A DNA stretch of 64,000 nucleotides from Acidobacteriota bacterium (GTDB taxonomy: Bacteria; Acidobacteriota; Thermoanaerobaculia; UBA5066; Gp7-AA6). The translations under genes and the position numbers were made by a program. The stretch spans positions 1,236-65,235 of the forward strand of contig JBLMXY010000016.1 in assembly GCA_050257975.1 (NCBI GenBank), written 5' to 3'. Positions 36,818 to 45,862 of this stretch are shown in pieces. Position 1 is the first letter of the stretch. Every line of letters begins with the position of its first letter. Below the pieces are notes generated by a model. The model worked only from the letters and a program-made list of their open reading frames with translations. It searched no databases and was not told where the DNA came from.

Positions 36818-37303
36818 GTGAAGAACTCCTCCTCGGCGCTCGGCGCGGCCTGGGCCCTGCTCTTCCTGGCTTGCGGCGCGGCCTCCAAGCCCTCGCCGAC
36901 GCCTGCGGCCACGCCCGAGGCCGTTTCGGGGCCGCGCGTCGTGATGCCGTCCGGGGCGGTCTACACGCTGGAAGTCGCGCGCACCCCTGAGGAGCAGGCG
37001 CAGGGCCTGATGTACCGGGAGGCCCTGGCGCCGCGAACCGGCATGATCTTTCTCTTCACCGACGGCGGCGCGCACCGCTTCTGGATGAAGAACACGATGA
37101 TCCCGCTCGACATCCTCTGGCTCGACGCCGGAGGCAAGGTGCTCTTCGTCTCGGCGAACACCCCGCCCTGCAAGTCCGACCCCTGCCCGACCTACGGCCC
37201 GGACGCTCCGGCGCCGATCGTCCTCGAGATCTCGGGCGGGATGGCGTCCCGTGAGGGCGCCCGGCCGGGCGCGTCGCTCAAGCTCTTCGACGTCTCCCCG
37301 TAG
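36818..37303 (+). CDS. DUF192-family exported protein
   Basis: ORF 36818..37303. Lipobox-like ALLFLACGAAS. Contains MIFLF...FWMKNTMIPLDILWLDAGGKVLF, typical of DUF192/COG1430. Confidence 0.7.
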   Translation: MKNSSSALGAAWALLFLACGAASKPSPTPAATPEAVSGPRVVMPSGAVYTLEVARTPEEQAQGLMYREALAPRTGMIFLFTDGGAHRFWMKNTMIPLDILWLDAGGKVLFVSANTPPCKSDPCPTYGPDAPAPIVLEISGGMASREGARPGASLKLFDVSP

Positions 37304-37316
37304 CCGCGGGCCCGGA

Positions 37317-37748
37317 ATGAAGGCCGGCCGCCCGCGGTTGGATCCTCCGGAGGGCCCGCCGGATCGGCGGCTTCTCGAAATGCACCGACGAGATTTCACG
37401 GGAGAGCACTGGAACACGGCGAGGCTGCGCCGCGTGCGCGAGTTTGGCTGGTTCCGCAATCATGAGCGGGAGTTGATCGAGCGGGCCAGGGAGAGCCGAA
37501 GAAAACGCGACGAGGCGGCCCGAGCGAGCCTGGCGGAGCGAGCCTCCGCGGCGCTCGAGGGGCCGGCGCTCAGCTGCCCGCGTTGCCGCAAGGCCATGAT
37601 CCGCAACGAGATCTCGGGCGCCGCGGCGCAGGTCTGCACTTCCTGCTCCGGCGTCTTTCTCGACCTCCGGGAGCTCGAGCTTCTCCTCTTGCGTCACGAC
37701 GCCGAGAAGAGGTGGTTCTTCCGGTCCCTCGACTCCGACCTGCACTGA
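37317..37748 (+). CDS. zinc-ribbon (TFIIB-type zf) domain protein
   Basis: ATG 37317 inside ORF 37251..37748. Contains CPRC...CTSCSGVFLDLRELE, a zf-TFIIB-like CxxC...CxxC. Start uncertain. Confidence 0.5.
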   Translation: MKAGRPRLDPPEGPPDRRLLEMHRRDFTGEHWNTARLRRVREFGWFRNHERELIERARESRRKRDEAARASLAERASAALEGPALSCPRCRKAMIRNEISGAAAQVCTSCSGVFLDLRELELLLLRHDAEKRWFFRSLDSDLH

Positions 37749-37757
37749 GGGCGTGCC

Positions 37758-39539
37758 TCAGGGCTCGAAGAGGTAGAGCCCGTCCCCCGTCGTGCCGACG
37801 TAGATCCTTCCTCCGGAAGCGGCGGCGGCCGTCGCGAGAGCCAGGCCCGGACGCGGGCTCGTGAGCGCGAGGCGGCGGTTGCCCTCCTCCCAGACGAGCT
37901 TGCCGTCCACGTCCTGAAGCGAGCTGTAGGCGGCCGACGCCGAGGAGGTCCCCGCGAGGAACATCCCTCCTGCGAGAACCGCCCGCCGGCGTCCGGACCA
38001 GCTCCGCCCGTCCCAACGAAAATCGGTGTCGGCGGTCCTGACTTCGAGCACCGGCCCTCCGTCCGCGCCTGCCAGGAGCTCTGCCGTCAGGACGCCCGAG
38101 GGCGCGCCGGCAACCGGGGCGAAGGAGAGACCGCCGTCGCTCACCCGAAAGACTCCGGCCGAGGTCACGAGGATCGGGGAACGATACGGGGCGCCGAAGA
38201 CGGCCACGGGCTGGCCGGGTGGCGGCGCGGGCGGAGCCATCCAGGAAGCGCCGCCGTCGCGCGACAACCGCAGGCCGGCGGCTGAAGCGAGCATCAGCAC
38301 GGTCTTGCCGGCACCATCACGAAAGGCGGTCAGCGACGCCGCGGGCGGAAGCGCGTCCTTCGAAACCCGTCGCACCCTCGCGCCCTCCGCCACCCAGACC
38401 CCGCTCTCCTCGCCGCCGTAGGCGCGGAAGAAGTAGACCCGGGAAGGGTCGTCGGGATCCGGAACCAGATCGGCGACCCGACCTTCGGAGAGGCCCGTCG
38501 AGCCGCGCTGCAGGGTCGCTCCGGCGTCGTCGGAGACGAAGACCCCCTCCCCTTCCGTGCCGACGTAGAGCCGCCCGCTGCGCGCGTCGACGGCGAGCGC
38601 CGTGACGACCAGAGAATCGCGCGACACGCGCTCCCATGACTGGCCCCCGTCGGTCGAGCGGTGGAGGCCGCCGACCGTGGCCGCGAAGATCGTTCCGGGC
38701 CGCGTCGGATCGCGGCGCACCGCCTGCGAGCGCCGGTTTGTGAAGCCCCGCGTGAACCGGGTCCAGAGGTCCCCGCCCGACTGGCTGTGGTAGACCCACC
38801 CGCAGGTCGACACCCAGATGTCGCTCGGGTCCTTCGGGTCGAAGTCCCAGGCGTACACGGTCGCATCGAGCACCATGCCGTCGGCGATCCGCGTCCAGGT
38901 CCTCCCGCCGTCCTTCGTGCGGAAGGCCTGCCGCCAGGTGCCGGCGTAGAGCGTGTTCGGGTCGGCGGGATCGAACGCCAGAGACTCGACGCGTTCGAGG
39001 CCTGGAGTCTCGGTGCCCGAGGGCGCCCAGGTCCGGCCGCCGTCGCGCGAGAGGCGAACGCCATCGTCCCCTCCGGCGGCGATGAGCGGCTTCTGCCCCG
39101 GCACGACGGCGAGCGCGCGCGTCGCGACCGATTTCTGCCAGCGCGCGAGCGTCGTCCAGGTCGAGCCCCCGTCCTCCGTCACCGCGACCAGGCCGCCGGC
39201 GAACTGGCCGGCCAGGGCGGCCCAGAGGCGTCCCGGGGCCGTCGGATCGGCGATGAGCGCGGTGACGACATACCCGGGAAACGCGGGACCCGAATGGAGC
39301 GCGTGCCAGCTCGCCCCTCCGTCCGTCGAGCCGTAGAAATTGCCGCGCGAAGTTCCCAGGTACACCGTCCCGGGTAAAAACGGGTCCACGGCGAAGGCGC
39401 GAACCTCCGCGCCCCAGAGAGGAAGCCTCAGCCATCGGGCGGCGGGCGCCACGCCGCCTGCGGCGAGCGTCAGAAGGGCGGCGCACAGAACGGCGCGCCG
39501 GCGCGCGCCGCGCGCCCCGAGCGGAAACGGCCTGTGCAT
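37758..39539 (-). CDS. exported BNR/Asp-box repeat beta-propeller protein (Ycf48/sialidase-like fold)
   Basis: ORF 37758..39539. Signal peptide, then about 8 SxDxGxTW-type boxes (STDGGASW, TEDGGSTW, SRDGGRTW, TKDGGRTW, STDGGQSW, SRDGGASW...). Confidence 0.8.
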   Translation of the reverse strand: MHRPFPLGARGARRRAVLCAALLTLAAGGVAPAARWLRLPLWGAEVRAFAVDPFLPGTVYLGTSRGNFYGSTDGGASWHALHSGPAFPGYVVTALIADPTAPGRLWAALAGQFAGGLVAVTEDGGSTWTTLARWQKSVATRALAVVPGQKPLIAAGGDDGVRLSRDGGRTWAPSGTETPGLERVESLAFDPADPNTLYAGTWRQAFRTKDGGRTWTRIADGMVLDATVYAWDFDPKDPSDIWVSTCGWVYHSQSGGDLWTRFTRGFTNRRSQAVRRDPTRPGTIFAATVGGLHRSTDGGQSWERVSRDSLVVTALAVDARSGRLYVGTEGEGVFVSDDAGATLQRGSTGLSEGRVADLVPDPDDPSRVYFFRAYGGEESGVWVAEGARVRRVSKDALPPAASLTAFRDGAGKTVLMLASAAGLRLSRDGGASWMAPPAPPPGQPVAVFGAPYRSPILVTSAGVFRVSDGGLSFAPVAGAPSGVLTAELLAGADGGPVLEVRTADTDFRWDGRSWSGRRRAVLAGGMFLAGTSSASAAYSSLQDVDGKLVWEEGNRRLALTSPRPGLALATAAAASGGRIYVGTTGDGLYLFEP

Positions 39540-39595
39540 GGAGTGTCTATTTTAGCGTCCGGCGGGGTTCCGGGGCCTTCGGCTACTATCTTTCG

Positions 39596-40465
39596 ATGCA
39601 GAAAGTCCGTGTGGCCGTCTTCCCCGCGGCGGGCCTGGGGACCCGATTCCTGCCCGCCACCAAGGCCCAGCCCAAGGAGATGCTGCCGCTGGTAGACCGC
39701 CCCCTCGTGCAATACGTCGTCGAGGAGGCGCGGGCGGCGGGAATCGAGCGCATCGTGATCGTGACCGGACGCGGCAAGAACGCCATCGAGGACCACTTCG
39801 ACACGTCCTTCGAGCTCGAGAAGATGCTCGAGGAGCGCGGCAAGGCGGACCTGCTCGAGCAGGTGCGCGCCGTCTCGGATCTGATCCCGGTCTCCTACGT
39901 GCGCCAGAAGATCGCCCTGGGGCTGGGGCACGCGGTCCTTCAGGCCCGCGAGCTGGTGGGAAACGAGCCCTTCGCCGTGATGCTCGGCGACGACATCGTG
40001 GACGCGGCCCAGCCGTGCATCGGCCAGATGCTGCGCCTCTACGAGCGGCGCGGAAATCCCGTGATCGCGCTCCAGGAGGTGCCGAGGGCCGAGACGCGGC
40101 AGTACGGGATCGTCGCGGGCGAGAAGGTCGAAGACCGCGTCGTCGCGATCCAGGACATGGTCGAGAAGCCGGCGCCCGAGAAGGCTCCGTCGAACCTCGC
40201 GATCATCGGCCGGTACCTGCTGCCCCCCGAGATCTTCGACATCCTGGAAGAGACGCGCTCGGACGTGGGCGGCGAGATTCAGCTCACCACCGCCCTGAAG
40301 ACGCTTCTTTCCCGAAGGCCGATCGACGGCTACCTCTTCGAAGGAAAGCGCTACGACGCGGGAGACAAGCTGGGATTCTTGAAGGCGACGGTCGAGTTCG
40401 CGCTGAAGCGCGAGGACCTGGGAAAGCCGTTTCGGGAGTACTTGAAGGGATTGAAGCTGGATTGA
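39596..40465 (+). CDS. galU: UTP--glucose-1-phosphate uridylyltransferase
   Basis: ORF 39596..40465. Contains VFPAAGLGTRFLPATKAQPKEMLPLVDRP and VEKP, the GalU hallmarks. Confidence 0.92.
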   Translation: MQKVRVAVFPAAGLGTRFLPATKAQPKEMLPLVDRPLVQYVVEEARAAGIERIVIVTGRGKNAIEDHFDTSFELEKMLEERGKADLLEQVRAVSDLIPVSYVRQKIALGLGHAVLQARELVGNEPFAVMLGDDIVDAAQPCIGQMLRLYERRGNPVIALQEVPRAETRQYGIVAGEKVEDRVVAIQDMVEKPAPEKAPSNLAIIGRYLLPPEIFDILEETRSDVGGEIQLTTALKTLLSRRPIDGYLFEGKRYDAGDKLGFLKATVEFALKREDLGKPFREYLKGLKLD

Positions 40466-40467
40466 AT

Positions 40468-40529
40468 CGGTGTCCGGTGTTCGGTGCCCGGTGTCCGGGC
40501 CCCTGACACCTGACCCCGGATACCGAACC
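40468..40529. repeat. heptanucleotide-periodic hairpin element H (CGGTGyC class)
   Basis: CGGTGTC CGGTGTT CGGTGCC CGGTGTC CGGG / partial complement CTGACAC CTGACCC CGGATAC CGAACC. Fills the convergent gap between the galU stop and the fmdB-like stop. Confidence 0.8.
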
Positions 40530-40829
40530 TCACTCCCTGGTTGTCTTCTTCTCCTTCTTCTCGGTCTTCTCGGTCTTCTCGGCCTTCTCGGCTTTCTCGG
40601 CCGTTTCGCCTTTCGATTCGCTGCGGTGCGTCCCCTTCTCTTCCTTCTTCGCGCGCGCGTAATCGGTGACGTACCAGCCGCTGCCCTTGAACTGGATCGC
40701 CGGCGCGGAGAAGGCCTTCTTCAGCTTGCCGCCGCAGTGGGGGCAAACCTTCAGAGGCCGCTCTCCCACGCGCTGGATGACCTCGGTCTTCTTTCCGCAC
40801 CTGGCGCAGTCGTATTCGTAGATGGGCAT
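40530..40829 (-). CDS. FmdB-family zinc-ribbon protein with a K/E-rich tail
   Basis: ORF 40530..40829. MPIYEYDCARCGKK...CPHCGGK (CxxC_CxxC_SSSS family). The tail AEKAEKAEKTEKTEKKEKK is encoded by 9-nt tandem repeats. Confidence 0.85.
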   Translation of the reverse strand: MPIYEYDCARCGKKTEVIQRVGERPLKVCPHCGGKLKKAFSAPAIQFKGSGWYVTDYARAKKEEKGTHRSESKGETAEKAEKAEKTEKTEKKEKKTTRE

Positions 40830-40837
40830 GGTAAAGA

Positions 40838-40901
40838 AGTTATCAGTTATCCGTCATCGGTCTTCAGTTCCGGAACTGTGAACCGATGACTGACAACTGA
40901 C
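40838..40901. repeat. heptanucleotide-periodic hairpin element I
   Basis: AGTTATC AGTTATC CGTCATC GGTCTTC AGTTCCGG / AACTGTG AACCGAT GACTGAC AACTGAC. It has the same 14-nt centre, CAGTTCCGGAACTG, as element D. It is intercistronic, between the DUF4388 stop (40904) and the fmdB-like start (40829). Confidence 0.85.
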
Positions 40902-40903
40902 GG

Positions 40904-41662
40904 CTACTCAACCGTTCCCCCGCCCGTGTTGTAGCGGATCTTCTTCGCGCCGGGAAGCGCCGCGCTCTTCTGCACGAGCCCCAGGCAGAAGAAGGCGTAG
41001 AGAAGGCGCGCGTTCTCGGCCGCGGCGCCGGGGCCCTTTCCGCACAGCGGCTGGAGCGCGGTGCGGCCGTCGACGCGCCCGTAGTAGGCGCGCTCCTCGG
41101 GAGCGAAGAGAGAGAGGAGCTCGCCCGGAGTCTGTTCGAGCACCGTCGCCGCGTGCCCCAGACGCTGGACCAGACGGCGTACGTCCCGGGCCCGTCGGAT
41201 TCCCTCGAGGATCACTTCGGGGATCGAGAGGTCTATCCGGATCTCCTCCTGCGATCGGCGCTCGCCGATGTCGAAGACGACCTGCCCCGACTCCCAGTCG
41301 AACGCGCCCCAGAGGATTTCCCGGATCTGGCCCGAGACCGCCTCCTTCAGGCCGTTTTCGTCGAGAACGCGCATCTCCAGAAGAATCCGGCCCAGGCGCA
41401 GCCCTTCCCGCACCTGGCGCGCGGCGTCGCGGCCGAGCTCCGGCGACAGAATCCTGCGGCGCAGCAGGTAGGCGCCGAGGCTGACCTCGCGCTCGTTGGT
41501 CGCTGCGAACACGACAAGCCCGTTTTCCAGATAGATCCGCCGCTCCCGTCCCTCGCGCGAAACGCGCACGACCCCGGGAACGCGATAGCGATGGATCGTC
41601 GAGAGGATCTCGGCCAGAGGAGTGACCGCGAGATCGCCGCGGTACTCGAATCGTTTCTCCAT
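40904..41662 (-). CDS. DUF4388 (PatA-N-like) domain protein
   Basis: ORF 40904..41662. GDLAVTPLAEILSTIHRYRVPGVVRVSREGRERRIYLENGLVVFA matches the DUF4388 pattern as I recall it. Confidence 0.65.
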   Translation of the reverse strand: MEKRFEYRGDLAVTPLAEILSTIHRYRVPGVVRVSREGRERRIYLENGLVVFAATNEREVSLGAYLLRRRILSPELGRDAARQVREGLRLGRILLEMRVLDENGLKEAVSGQIREILWGAFDWESGQVVFDIGERRSQEEIRIDLSIPEVILEGIRRARDVRRLVQRLGHAATVLEQTPGELLSLFAPEERAYYGRVDGRTALQPLCGKGPGAAAENARLLYAFFCLGLVQKSAALPGAKKIRYNTGGGTVE

Positions 41663-41762
41663 TGTGCGCTTTGAGCACTATGGTAGCGCGAAGCGCGCGC
41701 GGCGCAAGCCGGTCCCGCACCGGACCGCCCGCGGCCGCCCGGCGAACCCGTAGAATCCGCTC

Positions 41763-42974
41763 ATGATCACCGTGGCCGAGGCCCTGTCCCGAATCGCCCG
41801 CTTCGAGCCGCTCGGAACCGAGGAGGTTCCGGTCGCCCAGGCGGGGGGACGAGTGCTCGCCCGGGAGATCCGCGCGGACTGCGACTGGCCTCCCTTCGAG
41901 ACCTCCGCCATGGACGGCTACGCGGTTCGCCTCGAGGACGTGTCGTCGCCCGGCGCGTTGCTCGCGGAGAGGGCTCTTTCCGTCGCCGCCGGCGATCCCC
42001 CGCCGCCTCCGATCGCGACCGGCGAAGCGGTGCGCGTGATGACGGGAGCCGCCATCCCCGAGAACACCGAGGCCGTGATCCCGGTCGAGCAGAGCCGGCG
42101 AGAGCAGGGGCGCGTGCGCTTCGAGACCGTTCCGGCCCCCGGCGCCCACCTGCGGCGGCGGGGGGAGAGCATCGCGGCGGGAAAGTCGCTGGTTCTGCCG
42201 GGCCGGAGACTCACACCGACCGACGTCGCGCTGGCGGCGATGGCGGGAGCCGATCCGGTCACCGTCTTCCGGATGCCCCGCATCGCGATCGCCGCCACGG
42301 GCAACGAGCTCGTCGCCGCCGGCCGGAGGCCGGGACCGGGTCAGCTTCGAGATTCGAACGGGCCGATGCTCGCGAGCCTCTGCCGGGAGCGCGGGTGGAG
42401 GGCGCGGCTGGAAAGCCGCGTCGCCGACGACGCGGCGGGCGTCGATCGCCTGTTCGCGCGCGCGGGCTCGGCCGAGGACCTGCTTCTGACGACGGGCGGC
42501 GTCTCCGCGGGAGACTTCGACCTTCTTCCGGCCGCGGCCGAGCGGGCCGGTTTCGAGATTCTCTTCCACGGCGTCTCGCTGCGGCCGGGAAAGCCGGTGG
42601 CGCTCGGCCGCCGCGGCGCCGCGCTCTGGCTTGGCCTGCCCGGAAACCCGGTCTCGACCGCGGTCTGCTTCCACCTCTTCGGCCGCGAGGTCGCCGGGAG
42701 GCTCGAGGGTGATTCCTGCCCCGCCCCGCCGCGGGTCACGGCGCGGCTCTCGCGGCCCTTGCCTGCGGCCGGACCGCGCGAGACCTACCGCGACGCACGC
42801 TGGGAGATCGTGGACGGGGAAAGCCGGGTCGAGCCGCTGCGCTCGGCGGGAAGCCACGACATCGGCGCGCACTCCGGGGCCAACGCCTTCATCCGAATCC
42901 CGGCGGGCTCCCCGCCTCTCGAGGCCGGCGCCGGGGTCGAATGCCTCCTCATCGGCGAGGTCGGCCGCCGGTAG
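41763..42974 (+). CDS. moeA: molybdopterin molybdenumtransferase MoeA
   Basis: ORF 41763..42974. Contains PPFETSAMDGYAV and GGVSAGDFD. TAGAAT at 41751-41756, only 6 nt before the ATG, suggests a near-leaderless transcript. Confidence 0.88.
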   Translation: MITVAEALSRIARFEPLGTEEVPVAQAGGRVLAREIRADCDWPPFETSAMDGYAVRLEDVSSPGALLAERALSVAAGDPPPPPIATGEAVRVMTGAAIPENTEAVIPVEQSRREQGRVRFETVPAPGAHLRRRGESIAAGKSLVLPGRRLTPTDVALAAMAGADPVTVFRMPRIAIAATGNELVAAGRRPGPGQLRDSNGPMLASLCRERGWRARLESRVADDAAGVDRLFARAGSAEDLLLTTGGVSAGDFDLLPAAAERAGFEILFHGVSLRPGKPVALGRRGAALWLGLPGNPVSTAVCFHLFGREVAGRLEGDSCPAPPRVTARLSRPLPAAGPRETYRDARWEIVDGESRVEPLRSAGSHDIGAHSGANAFIRIPAGSPPLEAGAGVECLLIGEVGRR

Positions 42975-42982
42975 CCGAGAAC

Positions 42983-43765
42983 ATGGCGATCCCGAGCGAA
43001 CGAAAGACCCACGCGATCGCCCACCGCGAGGTCCGCGCGGCCGACGGGACCGCAATCACGTATACGCTCTGGCGCCGCCCGGCCCGGGAGCTTCTGGTCC
43101 TCGCGCCCGGCTTCTGGCGGGTGCGGTTGGATCGCGAGAACCTCTTCCTCGCGAATTTCTTCGTGCGCCGCGGATACGACGTGGCCGCGCTCGACTTTCG
43201 CGGCCACGGCGACAGCAAGGGCGCCTACACGTTCGGCACCTTCGAGGCGCAGGACCTGAAGGCGGTCCTGGATGATCTCGTGGGCGAGGGGAAGCCCTAC
43301 GGGCGCTTCGCCCTGCTCGGCCTTTCGATGGGGGGCACCATCGCGGCCGACACGCTGTCGCGCTGGCCGGAGCTTCCCTGCCGCGCTCTCGTGATGGTCT
43401 CCTCCCCCGCCGATCTGCGCGATCTGCGCCCCAAGCCGTGGAAACCTGGCGCGATCCGCCAGGTCCGCCTGCGCCGCGCGCTGCGCATGCCGCGCGTTTC
43501 CCGCCGCACCCGCATCGCGGCGACGCCACGCGGCCACGAGGCGGTCTCCGGCCTCTCCATGCCCAAGCTGATCGTGACCGCGGAAGGGGACTGGCTGGTG
43601 GACCCGTCGCATGGAAGGCGGCTCGCCCAGGCCGCCGCGGCGCCGGTGGACGATGTGCACCTCCATCTTCCCGGATCGCTGCACGCCGACGCTCTGGTCC
43701 GGGCGGTTCCGCTGCGACTGCTGCGCCTGCTCGACCGGTGGTTCGCGCGAAACGCGCCGCCGTAG
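42983..43765 (+). CDS. alpha/beta-fold hydrolase
   Basis: ATG 42983 inside ORF 42941..43765. Contains FRGHGDSKG and GLSMGG (GxSxG). Confidence 0.75.
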   Translation: MAIPSERKTHAIAHREVRAADGTAITYTLWRRPARELLVLAPGFWRVRLDRENLFLANFFVRRGYDVAALDFRGHGDSKGAYTFGTFEAQDLKAVLDDLVGEGKPYGRFALLGLSMGGTIAADTLSRWPELPCRALVMVSSPADLRDLRPKPWKPGAIRQVRLRRALRMPRVSRRTRIAATPRGHEAVSGLSMPKLIVTAEGDWLVDPSHGRRLAQAAAAPVDDVHLHLPGSLHADALVRAVPLRLLRLLDRWFARNAPP

Positions 43766-43869
43766 CAGGGGTCAGGGATCAGGGGTCGGGGGCCAGGGTT
43801 CAGCTTTCAGCCAATCCAGCCCAATCGCTGACAGCTGATCACCGATAGCTGATAACTGATAACTGATAA
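43766..43869. repeat. heptanucleotide-periodic hairpin element J
   Basis: GGGTCAG GGATCAG GGGTCGG GGGCCAG GGTTCAG CTTTCAG ... CTGACAG CTGATCA CCGATAG CTGATAA CTGATAA CTGATAA. It occupies the whole 104-bp convergent gap, from stop 43765 to stop 43870. Confidence 0.85.
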
Positions 43870-44646
43870 CTAAAAAGTCAGCGCCCCCTCCGGCGTGAAG
43901 AACTTGTCGTCGATCTTCGCGGAACGGTAGTCGAGGTACTCGAGGCGCGTCAGGACGCCTGGCTGGTTGGAAATCAGATCCCGAACCTCCATCTCCGCGA
44001 CGACCGGCCTGCCGGAGGCCGCCTGGTGGAACTTGATGAAGGTCACCTCCTTGGCCCGCTTTCCGGACGGCAGGGAAAAGAGCAGCCGGCACGGAAGGCG
44101 CTGCCTCTCGTCGAACCAGAGAACGACGCGGCTGTAGGGGGCACGGTCCGACTTCGCCGAGAGATCCACGACGCGGCAGGGCTTCCCGTTGACGGTCTCC
44201 GTCCCCTTGCGGGCGACCCCGGTGAAGTCCTTGGCGAACTCGATGCGCGCGACGTCCCCGACCGAGGCGCCGCCGAGCAGGCGCTGGTTCGGCGTGATCG
44301 GCAGGGCGCGCGAGGCGCCCGGCACCATCAGCCACATCTTCTCGCCGACGTTCAGGATCTTCCTGCCGTCGTTCTTTCCTCCCCGAAAGACGATCAGGCC
44401 CCGGTCCTCTCCTTTGGTGTAGATCTGGAAGTCGGCGCTGCCGGTGGCCTTGCCATCGGTGATCTGGGTGGCCCGCGCCGTGATCTGGGCCTCCGAGAAG
44501 GCGTTGCGCGCCCGATCGACGTCGACGAGCCACGACTGGACCTGCTCCGGCGTCTGGCCGAGGCAGACGGCCGCCGGCAGCAGCAGCGCGAGCGGCAGGA
44601 GCCGCAAACGCCTCGAAACGACGGCCCAGCGACACCGCTCAGACAT
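43870..44646 (-). CDS. outer-membrane lipoprotein-sorting (LolA-like) protein
   Basis: ORF 43870..44646. Signal peptide and LolA-like fold pattern, with the typical position downstream of an FtsX/ABC pair. Assignment is by eye. Confidence 0.6.
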   Translation of the reverse strand: MSERCRWAVVSRRLRLLPLALLLPAAVCLGQTPEQVQSWLVDVDRARNAFSEAQITARATQITDGKATGSADFQIYTKGEDRGLIVFRGGKNDGRKILNVGEKMWLMVPGASRALPITPNQRLLGGASVGDVARIEFAKDFTGVARKGTETVNGKPCRVVDLSAKSDRAPYSRVVLWFDERQRLPCRLLFSLPSGKRAKEVTFIKFHQAASGRPVVAEMEVRDLISNQPGVLTRLEYLDYRSAKIDDKFFTPEGALTF

Positions 44647-45862
44647 GGGCCAGCGCGTCGACGATCGAGATCCGCGAGGCCCTCCTCGCGGGGAAGAAGG
44701 AGGCGATCATCATGGTCGCGACCATCGCGAGGACGCCGGCGGCGTAGGCCAGCGGATAGAACCTCACGTTGATCGGCATTCCATGCGTCGCGCCCGGAGG
44801 AGCCGGCAGGATGATCCCCGACGCGTTCAAGACGGACCGGATCGCCAGGGCGAGAACGGTCCCGGCCAGGCACCCCAACAGCGCGATCGCCACCCCCTCG
44901 ACGAGGAACATCCGCAGGATCCCGGAGGGCCGCGTGCCGAGCGCGCGCAGCGTCCCGATCTCGCGCGTGCGCTCGGTGACCGCCATGGTCATGACGATCG
45001 CGGCGGAGAGGATCACGATCACGACGAGGACGGCACCCACGAATCCGAAGATGCCGATGTAGAGCATGCGCACCTGGCCGTAGAAGACGGCAAGCTCCTT
45101 CCAGTGGCGCACGGCGACCGGATAGCCCGCCGCCGACAGCGACGCCTCGAGACGAGCCGCCACGCGCTGCTCGTCGGCGCGGGGCTTGAGGAACACGACG
45201 AGCTTCGAGACGGTCCCGGGGGACTGGAGCAGCCGGGCGGCGAGCCCGACGCCGATCGCGACGTAGCGATCGTTCAGCTCCTTGATGCGAACGTCGGCCA
45301 GGCCCGTGACCGTCGCGTCGACGGCGTTCAGGGTCGCGTCCGGCGTCGTGGCCATGAGGGTCAGGCTGTCGCCCGGCTTGACGGCGAGGGCGGAAGCCAT
45401 CCCCGTTCCGAGGACGACGCCGTCGCCGCCGTCGCCGGAAAGATAGCGCCCCGAAACGACGAGCTCCGCCGCGTAGGTCGCCCGGGCCTCCGGCTCCGGG
45501 TCGACGCCGACCCCCAGAAACGGCACGGAGCGGGAGCCGTTGGTCGCGAGCCCCACGAAATCGATCCGGGGAATGACGGCTTCGACGGCCGGATCGCGCC
45601 CGGCGATCGCCCGCGCGCGCGCCGCGTCGTGCAAGCCGAACTCGAGAGTCTTCTCCTCGGTGCCCTTGACCGCGCGCCGGTCCACGATCTGAAGCTGGCC
45701 CACGCTGCGGATCGTTCCCTCCTTCAGCCCCTCGAAGGACTGCGCGATGAACCCGCCCGCCAGCGCGAAGGCCGCGAACCCGAGCGCCACCACGGCGCCC
45801 ATCAGCAGGGCGCGCCGCCGCTGCCGCAGCAGGTTCCTCCAGGCGAGCGAGAAGGCGTTCAC
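44639..45862 (-). CDS. ABC transporter permease, FtsX/MacB/LolC family
   Basis: ORF 44639..45862. N-terminal TM, a large periplasmic domain and the C-terminal FtsX 3-TM module (REIGTLRALG). Confidence 0.85.
   Translation of the reverse strand: MNAFSLAWRNLLRQRRRALLMGAVVALGFAAFALAGGFIAQSFEGLKEGTIRSVGQLQIVDRRAVKGTEEKTLEFGLHDAARARAIAGRDPAVEAVIPRIDFVGLATNGSRSVPFLGVGVDPEPEARATYAAELVVSGRYLSGDGGDGVVLGTGMASALAVKPGDSLTLMATTPDATLNAVDATVTGLADVRIKELNDRYVAIGVGLAARLLQSPGTVSKLVVFLKPRADEQRVAARLEASLSAAGYPVAVRHWKELAVFYGQVRMLYIGIFGFVGAVLVVIVILSAAIVMTMAVTERTREIGTLRALGTRPSGILRMFLVEGVAIALLGCLAGTVLALAIRSVLNASGIILPAPPGATHGMPINVRFYPLAYAAGVLAMVATMMIASFFPARRASRISIVDALAHV

Noticed and set aside
6366-43869. Whether the heptad arrays are CRISPR arrays or coding low-complexity repeats
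   Set aside because: The units are 7 nt, directly abutting, with no spacers, and no cas genes are present. Their translations (for example SVLSSQSSVL, QLSAIGDQLSAIG) appear only in spurious ORFs, apart from element B, which is discussed separately.
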